Shown: piece by piece, positions 57,058-64,000 of the stretch
Position numbering within the stretch: the first letter of the stretch is position 1
Layout: each line of letters begins with the position of its first letter
Origin: a virus
Direction: 5' to 3' (one strand)
IMG/VR virus record: IMGVR_UViG_3300043812_000021
Span: 6,099-70,098 of that record
Length of the DNA stretch: 64,000 nt
Translations under genes and position numbers: made by a program
The notes under the pieces: generated by a model
The model's database searches: none
Told to the model about the DNA's origin: nothing
The model's input: only the letters and a program-made list of their open reading frames with translations

Positions 57058-57771
57058 TTAATTATTTATATTAACGCACCGATCGGTATCGGTAAGACAA
57101 GTTTAGCTAAGATTTTGTCTAAGGATTTAGGAACACCTGCATTTTTAGAAGAACCAGAAAAAATCCCATTATTAAATAGCTTTTATGAAGACGGTAAGAT
57201 TTCAAGAGAACTTAAATCATTTGTAGTTCAGATTGAATTTCTGGATTACCGATATGAGCAACTTATGGAAGGTGTTCATTTAGGACTAGAAGGTATTACA
57301 AATACTGTCTATGATTCTTCGCTTATTAGTGATGGGATCATGAGTCATAACCTTTATAATCGTGGTGAATTCCCAGAGATTCTTTATAAGGACTACTTAC
57401 GTCTTAATAATATTATGCAACGTAACGTAGCAGGTCATCCTTTCATGGGTCCAGACTTAATTATTTATCTGGAAGCACCATTTGAACAAATGCTGAGTAA
57501 TATTGCTAAACGTGGGCGTGAAATGGAAACTACAGACCCTAAGCTAACAGAGTATTATAAGTCTGTATGGAACATCTATCGAGACTGGTATAACTCTTAT
57601 GGTAATACTCCAGTTCTTAAATTAGATTTAGATAATGTAGATTTTGTTAATAATGTAGATGATAAAAACATGGTCTTAGATAAGATTGAAAATGAGCTTG
57701 TTAACCTAGGAAAATTAAGTCTTAATGAGTTTAACCGACTGCATGATAAACGAGTGAAAGGGGTAGCTTAA
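57058..57771 (+). CDS. Deoxynucleoside kinase
   Basis: P-loop APIGIGKTS lies upstream of the track's TTG 57115; PDLIIYLEAPFE..IAKRGREME; start non-canonical near 57055-57061. Confidence 0.85.
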   Translation, partial: LIIYINAPIGIGKTSLAKILSKDLGTPAFLEEPEKIPLLNSFYEDGKISRELKSFVVQIEFLDYRYEQLMEGVHLGLEGITNTVYDSSLISDGIMSHNLYNRGEFPEILYKDYLRLNNIMQRNVAGHPFMGPDLIIYLEAPFEQMLSNIAKRGREMETTDPKLTEYYKSVWNIYRDWYNSYGNTPVLKLDLDNVDFVNNVDDKNMVLDKIENELVNLGKLSLNEFNRLHDKRVKGVA

Positions 57772-58028
57772 TGGAAAAAGAACGCAGAATTGTCGTTGTT
57801 AGTAAAGACGACAATAAGGGCAATCTTTTAACTAATGTTTTGTTTGAAGATTATCCTAAACAGGGTAAAAATGCTAGTGATATGCTAAGTGACTTTACAG
57901 TAGGCTTTGTAAACACTATGCAACGTTATGGTCTTTCTAAAAAAGGACTACTAGAAACTATTGGTGCTATGTATGACACCTTAAATGAAGATGATACAGA
58001 AGAAAAGAACAACGGAGGAAACAACTAA
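57771..58028 (+). CDS. Hypothetical protein
   Basis: 85 aa, coupled. Confidence 0.6.
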   Translation: MEKERRIVVVSKDDNKGNLLTNVLFEDYPKQGKNASDMLSDFTVGFVNTMQRYGLSKKGLLETIGAMYDTLNEDDTEEKNNGGNN

Positions 58029-59377
58029 TGGCAATGAATTTCGCAGACGCAATTAATCAACTTAACTCAAACAGCAACGAAAACAACTTTCGTCCTACTA
58101 CCCTTGGCAAAAAGCAAGCCTTTTTTGGTCGGATCTTACCATTAGAAAATGGCGGATTTCCTTTTGTTCAATTCCGTGAAGCATGGGTTAGTTTTACTAA
58201 GAAAGATGGCAGTGTTACAGCCTTACCAGTAATTATTGATCCTAGCAATCAAAATGATCAATTAGCTAAACTTCTTAATACGGTTATTCAATTCAATAAA
58301 GACAAAGGTGCTAAAGATGAAAAAGGTTATGCAGTAGATACTATTAAATTAGCTTCTGGACGTTTCCCACTATCTGTTCGTACACGTGCTTACTTCCTTG
58401 GTGTTCCCGTTACTAACCAAAATGGTACTTATGCCCAAGCGGTAGATGATCAAGGTCGCCCTGCTGTAGAATCCTACCAGATTAGCTACTCTGGTATGTA
58501 TGCTATTTCTTCTTTACTTACTCCAGAAATGCCTTACACGAATGCACGGACTGGTCAACCAATGTTTACTGATCAAGCACAATTCATGACTGCTAAAGAA
58601 ACAATGCCTGTTAGCGCTAAGTTTGTTGACGCTCCTAATGGTGGTGTAGGTAGTTGGAATGCTAGTGTTAACCAAGCTATGATCTTACCTGCTATGAACT
58701 TTAACTACCTAGAACGTGATGCTCAAGGTAATATGAAGTATGTAGATGATATTGAAAAGGAAGCTAAGCCTTTAATCGAGTCTGATCCTAACTTCTACCA
58801 AATCGTCCTTAAGCAACTTACCCAATCCTACAACACACAAATGGCTCAAGTAAGTTCTAACCCATATGCTACGGGCGCTAGCTTTAACTCAACCCCACAA
58901 GTAGGTGCAAACGATTTACCATTCCCTAACCAAAATCAAACTTCTTCTGCTCCTACTAATAACCAAGCACCTACGAATGGTCAACCAGCCCCACAAGCTC
59001 CTATGAATAATCAACCCCAACCACAAAAGGTAGATGTTGTTGCTAACATGACTGGTCAACCTGCTTCTAACTTTACTCAACCTACAGCCCCAGCGCAACT
59101 AGCACCACAATCAACACAAGCTCCTGTAAGCTCTTCTGCACCAGACCAAGGGGATTTCACTAATCCGTTCTCACAACCTACTACAGACACCTCAGAAGGC
59201 GATTTGAGTATGCCTTTCCCTAGCCCTGCTGATATGCAAGAACCCACACCAGCTAGTCAAGCTCCAGTACAACCAACTACCCCTGCTCAACAACCACAAA
59301 TGAATACAACACCAGATCCATTAGCTAACTTAAATGCTAGTTCTGATGTTGACTCATTCTTAGCTAACTTAAAGTAA
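58028..59377 (+). CDS. Putative ssDNA-binding protein with long Q/P-rich tail
   Basis: Directly upstream of recA as in K-like phages; disordered tail ending DVDSFLANLK. Confidence 0.6.
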   Translation: MAMNFADAINQLNSNSNENNFRPTTLGKKQAFFGRILPLENGGFPFVQFREAWVSFTKKDGSVTALPVIIDPSNQNDQLAKLLNTVIQFNKDKGAKDEKGYAVDTIKLASGRFPLSVRTRAYFLGVPVTNQNGTYAQAVDDQGRPAVESYQISYSGMYAISSLLTPEMPYTNARTGQPMFTDQAQFMTAKETMPVSAKFVDAPNGGVGSWNASVNQAMILPAMNFNYLERDAQGNMKYVDDIEKEAKPLIESDPNFYQIVLKQLTQSYNTQMAQVSSNPYATGASFNSTPQVGANDLPFPNQNQTSSAPTNNQAPTNGQPAPQAPMNNQPQPQKVDVVANMTGQPASNFTQPTAPAQLAPQSTQAPVSSSAPDQGDFTNPFSQPTTDTSEGDLSMPFPSPADMQEPTPASQAPVQPTTPAQQPQMNTTPDPLANLNASSDVDSFLANLK

Positions 59378-59392
59378 TAAGGAGAGATTGCC

Positions 59393-60643
59393 TTGTCTAA
59401 AATTAATGATATTATTGGAGAACTTAATAAAGATCCTAAGCTCACTACCTTTAATCAAACAGACAGTGGTGAAATTATGGACTGGTACCCAACTTTAATC
59501 CCTGTCTTTGATTATAATATGGTAGGTGGTGTTCCAGCTTCCGGTAGAGTTTCTCAAGCTTTCGGGAAACCCTCGTCTGGTAAAAGTACCTTCTCTGGCA
59601 ATGTTATGAAAAATGCAATTAAGATGGGAGCCATTGTAGTTTACTTTGACTTAGAAGGTACACAAAATAATTCTCGTCTTGAAGCTCTTGGTGTCGATAC
59701 TTCTAAAGTTCTTACATATACCACTACTCGTAAAAAAGATGGGACCATGCAAGAATTATCTATTGAAGAAATTGGTAAGACTATTATTGATACACTAGCT
59801 AAGGTTTATGAAGCTGATCCTAACCAACAAGTATTGTTTATCTGGGATAGTGTCGCTATCTCAGACTCTGAAATGCAAACTAATACCGAATTAGGTAATC
59901 AAGTAGTAGGACAACAAGCTAAGGCTCTTGCGACTGTAGGACGTAAGCTACAGGTTAACCTTATTCATAACAATGGTACTTTACTTGCAATTAACCAAGC
60001 TCGTGATGATTTCAATGCTATGAATCCCCGTTATGCGTCTGTTAAAACTGTAGGGGGTAAAGGCTGGGAACACCTTTTATCTACTAATATTAGTCTTGCC
60101 CAATCTGGTAAGCTTAAAGCTAAATCTACAGATACGGAGCCAATTGGTACTACTACTAGAGTTAAGGTTGTTAAGTCCAAAGTCGGTGATAACTGGGGTT
60201 CTGACTTTACCATGTGTATTATTGGTGAATCTGGTTATGACTTTGAATATAACTTAGTAAACTCTGCCCAAGAAAATGGCCTTATTACTACGGGACGTTC
60301 TCCTAAGTATGTTAACGATAATGGAGACGAAATTAAGGGTAGTAATGTATATAACTTAGTACAAAAGTTAAAGAAACCAGAAAATCAAGCCATTAGAGAT
60401 GAAATCTGGCAACGTTTATTACTAATGTATTTCCCTAAGTGCTACCCACCTTTATTTAACACAAGCCTATTCATGCACGAACAAGACTTCCCTATGATTA
60501 AAGGCTTACGTGCTTACTATGTACAACAACAAGAACAATTACCCGAAGAACAGCAACACTATAATTACAAGCACTTTAAAGAAGAACTACAAGCAGGTAA
60601 TATTCCAGATGATATTGCTAATGAAGTTAAGGACTTAATTTAA
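59393..60643 (+). CDS. recA: RecA-like recombinase
   Basis: GKPSSGKST, IWDSVA, INQARD, GGKGWEH, KVVKSKV. Confidence 0.9.
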   Translation: MSKINDIIGELNKDPKLTTFNQTDSGEIMDWYPTLIPVFDYNMVGGVPASGRVSQAFGKPSSGKSTFSGNVMKNAIKMGAIVVYFDLEGTQNNSRLEALGVDTSKVLTYTTTRKKDGTMQELSIEEIGKTIIDTLAKVYEADPNQQVLFIWDSVAISDSEMQTNTELGNQVVGQQAKALATVGRKLQVNLIHNNGTLLAINQARDDFNAMNPRYASVKTVGGKGWEHLLSTNISLAQSGKLKAKSTDTEPIGTTTRVKVVKSKVGDNWGSDFTMCIIGESGYDFEYNLVNSAQENGLITTGRSPKYVNDNGDEIKGSNVYNLVQKLKKPENQAIRDEIWQRLLLMYFPKCYPPLFNTSLFMHEQDFPMIKGLRAYYVQQQEQLPEEQQHYNYKHFKEELQAGNIPDDIANEVKDLI

Positions 60644-60692
60644 TAGAAAGGAAATAGTCGCACTAAGCTGTGGCTATATTTGTATTAACACC

Positions 60693-61850
60693 ATGAGTAA
60701 AAGGCTAACTACGGCAGAATTTAAACAAAAAATATATAATTTAGTAGGTAACGATTATAGTCTTATTGGTGAATATATTAATCGAACTACTAAAGTGACA
60801 TTAAAGCACAATAAGTGTGGATACGTATATCAAGTACTCCCGTCTAATTTTTATAATGGTACTCGTTGCCCAAAGTGTGCGCCAAAAAGGATTTCAAAGA
60901 CTAAAACAAAAAGTGCTGACGAATATGCTAAAGAATTCTACCAAGAAGTAGGCAATGAATATACCATTATTACTCCTTATAAAAATGCTCGCACTAAAAT
61001 TAAGATTAAACATAATAAATGTGGGTATGTATATTGGGTTAATCCTCAATCATTCTTAGCGGGTAGTAGATGTTCAAAGTGTGCAAGAGCTGATAGAACC
61101 CATACAACTGCTTGGTTTAAGGAAAAAGTAAAGGATCTTACTGGGGACGAATATAGTGTATTAGGAATCTATGTAAATTCGGGTACAAAAATTAAGATTA
61201 AACATAATAAATGTGGATATGTATATTGGGTGCGCCCTAGGGACTTTATTAGAGGTAATAGATGTCCTATACAACATAAAGCATATAAAAAAACTACAGC
61301 AGACTTTCAAAAAGATTTAGACTTAAAATATGGGTCCGGGATATATCTAGTATTAGGGACTTATATTAATAGATTTACTAAGTTAGAAATTAAGCACTTA
61401 AAATGTGGTCATATATGGGAAACAACTCCTAATAATCTATTAAGTGGTTATGGATGTGATAGATGTGGAACGGCTAGTCGTACTAATTCGGAACCTATTG
61501 TAAGACACTTGTTGGATCAATTAAAGGTTAATTATAAATACCATCAACATTTTTGGTGGCTTCGATATAAAGGCCCCCAACATTTAGACTTCTATTTCCC
61601 AGACAAAAAAATTGCCATAGAGATAGACGGTTTACAACACTCTAAAAACATCAACTATTTTAATAATAACCTTATAAAAAATAAATTAAGAGATAAAAAT
61701 AAAGATATTCTTTGTAAGAAACATGGTGTACAATTAATACGTATACCATATAAGGGAAGCCACTACACTGAAGATCTAAAGAGAGAAGTACTTAAGGTAC
61801 TGAAACAATATAATTTGCTAAAGGACGGTGCTAATGACAAATTTAAGTAA
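60693..61850 (+). CDS. Free-standing homing-endonuclease-like protein (zinc-ribbon repeats plus Vsr/DUF559-like nuclease)
   Basis: Four KH(N/L)KCG...G.(R/G)C repeats; LDFYFP...IEIDGLQH. Confidence 0.75.
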   Translation: MSKRLTTAEFKQKIYNLVGNDYSLIGEYINRTTKVTLKHNKCGYVYQVLPSNFYNGTRCPKCAPKRISKTKTKSADEYAKEFYQEVGNEYTIITPYKNARTKIKIKHNKCGYVYWVNPQSFLAGSRCSKCARADRTHTTAWFKEKVKDLTGDEYSVLGIYVNSGTKIKIKHNKCGYVYWVRPRDFIRGNRCPIQHKAYKKTTADFQKDLDLKYGSGIYLVLGTYINRFTKLEIKHLKCGHIWETTPNNLLSGYGCDRCGTASRTNSEPIVRHLLDQLKVNYKYHQHFWWLRYKGPQHLDFYFPDKKIAIEIDGLQHSKNINYFNNNLIKNKLRDKNKDILCKKHGVQLIRIPYKGSHYTEDLKREVLKVLKQYNLLKDGANDKFK

Positions 61851-62124
61851 TGGCTTGATTGATCAAGTTAGTGTTATTAAAGAAAAGTTACGTAAGCATA
61901 TTGAAAACGGTGAACAAGCTTTGATTGTTGAACATAATATCTATGTTCCAGACTCTGCAACTAAAGTTACTTTCACTAAACTTTATCCTCACTTTGTTTA
62001 TGGATATGTATTAAACAAAGCAACAGGTGAGAAAATGCCTTATACAATTACTTACAATTCTTTAATTTGTCATGACTTTGATGATAGGTCTTGTTGGGAA
62101 GATGGGTCATCATTATATGACTAA
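61834..62124 (+). CDS. Conserved protein between recA and sigma factor
   Basis: About 96 aa; synteny with K-like phages. Confidence 0.55.
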   Translation: MTNLSNGLIDQVSVIKEKLRKHIENGEQALIVEHNIYVPDSATKVTFTKLYPHFVYGYVLNKATGEKMPYTITYNSLICHDFDDRSCWEDGSSLYD

Positions 62125-62130
62125 GAGAAG

Positions 62131-62160
62131 AGACAGTTACATTTGTAGCTGTCTTTTTTC
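62131..62160 (+). terminator. Rho-independent terminator
   Basis: AGACAGTTAC-attt-GTAGCTGTCT plus T-run. Confidence 0.75.
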
Positions 62161-62228
62161 TATACATAAATTTATTTATTCTCCTCTTACTTTAAAATAA
62201 TTAATAGAGAGGAGAATTTTTACATTTA

Positions 62229-62987
62229 ATGGCAAGAAAAAAGATTAATAAAAAAGATCGGATTACTGGATATAATACTGATAACAAAAACGTATTTAAT
62301 AGCTTAAACGGTGTTTATATTGGTAACAGCAACCATAACATTACTTTTGTAAGGGACTACGAACAATTAATTAAACAATATTCTAACTTAATTCATAACA
62401 TGGGACGTAGGTTCGGTAACATTAATATGACCTACGCTGAAAGACAAGATTTATATGCTTACATTACTGAGGTATTTATTGACCTTGTAAGAGAATTTGA
62501 TATGAGCAACGGAATGGACTTTCCGGGCTATATAGCTAAAATGCTTCCTACAAGAATTAGAGGAAGCTACTTAGACTCTATTCAAGACTATAAGTCCCAT
62601 ATTACGCCTCTAAAGGATGGTAACAAGAGTGTTGAAGAAATAGCAGATTTGCAATATGGAAAAGCTCCCGTTACTTTTAGTTATTCACGTAAGAGTAAGT
62701 ACAATCGAGTTCAGCGTAAGGATGGTAAAGTACGAGGAATTGTTTCAGAAGCTATTGATACTCCTAATACTAATGAAATGGATAACAGCTTAGCTGAAAT
62801 TCACTCTGCTTTTAAACTCCAAGGGTATAGTGACCCCGAATTACATTCTTTAGTAGATTATATCGCTAAAGACGGATTAACTGCTAAAGAAGCTAAAGAC
62901 AGAGTGAAAGAACAATACCACTTAAATAAGAGTGAATTAGAAAAAGAATATGGTACTTTAGTTAAATTAATGAAAGCTTATCTTTAA
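62229..62987 (+). CDS. Phage sigma-like transcription factor
   Basis: LIKQYSNLIH..RQDLYAYITEVFIDLVREFD...FPGYI region-2-like pattern; synteny after recA. Confidence 0.7.
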   Translation: MARKKINKKDRITGYNTDNKNVFNSLNGVYIGNSNHNITFVRDYEQLIKQYSNLIHNMGRRFGNINMTYAERQDLYAYITEVFIDLVREFDMSNGMDFPGYIAKMLPTRIRGSYLDSIQDYKSHITPLKDGNKSVEEIADLQYGKAPVTFSYSRKSKYNRVQRKDGKVRGIVSEAIDTPNTNEMDNSLAEIHSAFKLQGYSDPELHSLVDYIAKDGLTAKEAKDRVKEQYHLNKSELEKEYGTLVKLMKAYL

Positions 62988-63056
62988 TCAAATTCTAATA
63001 ATACAAGCTAAAGTAACTATATTAGAAAAAGATAACAAAAGAGAGGATGAAATAAC

Positions 63057-63635
63057 ATGGAATTACATTCCGCAGAAAAGGCAGAAAAGGCTCGTAATGA
63101 CGCTTTAAGAGATTTAATTGTAAAGGCAAGTAAGGTAAAGGCCAGTGACTTAAATAAGAAGTTTATCGTTATTAAAGATGTTACTGACTTTGGGAACTTA
63201 TTTGACCTACGTGGTGCAGATGTATTAATCTTTGGAATTGTTGGTACAGACATCTACCGTCTCAAAAAGCTAGAACAAGCTAGTGACCCAACTAAGGGTG
63301 AATTAGTTGTTACAACTGATGCAGATAAGAAAGAAATTATCTGGAAACAAGATCATAAAGAACAACAACCATTTGAGGCTTACCACGTATTACGCAAATC
63401 TAAGTACTATGGTACAGACGCTGGTCAACCTATGTTAGAAGCCCTAGAAGCTCATATTCATGGTACTTACAATATTGCTGGCTATGACTCACGCTTAGTA
63501 ACCTTTGCTGAATTAGTAGCTGACTTAAAAGAAAATGGCGAATCTGCCCCAGTCCAACCAGCTAAACTATCAGCCCCACAAAGCCCAACCGTAGATCCAA
63601 AGGCTAAATCAGTAACAGTAAGTACAGATAAATAA
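63057..63635 (+). CDS. Probable virion-associated protein
   Basis: TATATTA at 63018-24 upstream; C-terminal APQSPTVDPKAKSVTVS motif. Confidence 0.5.
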   Translation: MELHSAEKAEKARNDALRDLIVKASKVKASDLNKKFIVIKDVTDFGNLFDLRGADVLIFGIVGTDIYRLKKLEQASDPTKGELVVTTDADKKEIIWKQDHKEQQPFEAYHVLRKSKYYGTDAGQPMLEALEAHIHGTYNIAGYDSRLVTFAELVADLKENGESAPVQPAKLSAPQSPTVDPKAKSVTVSTDK

Positions 63636-63661
63636 AAGTAATAAAATGAAAGGAAAATTCG

Positions 63662-64000
63662 ATGCTACCTTTTCAGTATGAACCAAAATTTATCATGTCT
63701 GGGGATCGAACCAAACAGCGTATGGTCGCTTTTAAGGGCTTAGAGTCTCCTGACAAAATTGGTATTGGTAAAGCTGGTGAAAACAAAGTTGTAATCACTG
63801 GTCTTCAGCCTGACACGTTTTATCCAGCAGGATCTTATAGTGTTGCTTACTACAGTGAACAAGGTAATGGTAGCGGGCGGATGCAACTACCAGCTTTTAG
63901 AACTAAACCCGTCATTATGGAAAGTTTTGATATTGACGTAGGTAAAGAGATTAGTGGTGTAGAAGGCGAAGTTAAGTCTGTTCTTCCGGGTAACTACAAG
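63662..64000 (+). CDS. 3'-truncated ORF, probable Ig/FN3-like tail decoration protein
   Basis: RBS AAAGGA plus ATG 63662, open to window end; VVITGLQPDTFYPAGSYSVAY is FN3-like. Confidence 0.6.
   Translation, partial: MLPFQYEPKFIMSGDRTKQRMVAFKGLESPDKIGIGKAGENKVVITGLQPDTFYPAGSYSVAYYSEQGNGSGRMQLPAFRTKPVIMESFDIDVGKEISGVEGEVKSVLPGNYK

Noticed and set aside
2868-63253. The short overlapping or minus-strand ORFs in the track (e.g. 2868, 4253, 7773, 10644, 28733, 31678, 41345, 58916, 63017)
   Set aside because: They lie within long + strand genes, lack RBSs and show shadow-frame composition.
1-64000. tRNA genes, CRISPR arrays, a TnpB/transposase ORF, inteins in helicase or RecA
   Set aside because: No cloverleaf, repeat-spacer array, RuvC/zinc-finger TnpB pattern or intein-sized insertion recognised by eye; tRNAscan and HMM searches would be needed to exclude them formally.

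Overview
A 64-kb, AT-rich segment of a large contractile-tailed phage of the Herelleviridae (SPO1/Twort/K-like) type. The host is probably a lactic acid bacterium, inferred from the collagen-repeat host-specificity module and LL-H-type holin. All credible genes are on the + strand. Order: neck/tail-completion genes, tail sheath, tail assembly chaperones (probable +1 frameshift), two tandem paralogous tape-measure proteins, baseplate hub/NlpC-P60. A ~12-kb accessory block follows (TPM/LemA cassette, small ORFs, a non-coding island, the displaced tail-tube gene split by a 260-nt group I intron, zinc-ribbon homing-endonuclease-like genes). Then come central spike/host-specificity protein, baseplate genes, holins, and a replication/recombination module (DnaB-like helicase, SbcC, primase, resolvase, HU-like, dNK, SSB-like, RecA, sigma-like factor). 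The most striking unannotated element is a stand-alone transcription unit at 23029-23290 that resembles the right end/omegaRNA of an IS200/IS605 TnpB element, with its own promoter and terminator but no tnpB gene in the window. Other signals: a neighbouring anti-SD sRNA or leaderless peptide, recurrent RBS-occluding hairpins with embedded promoters, three +1 frame breaks in virion genes, and strong avoidance of CCWGG and GCWGC. Family assignments come from recalled motifs and synteny, not database searches.
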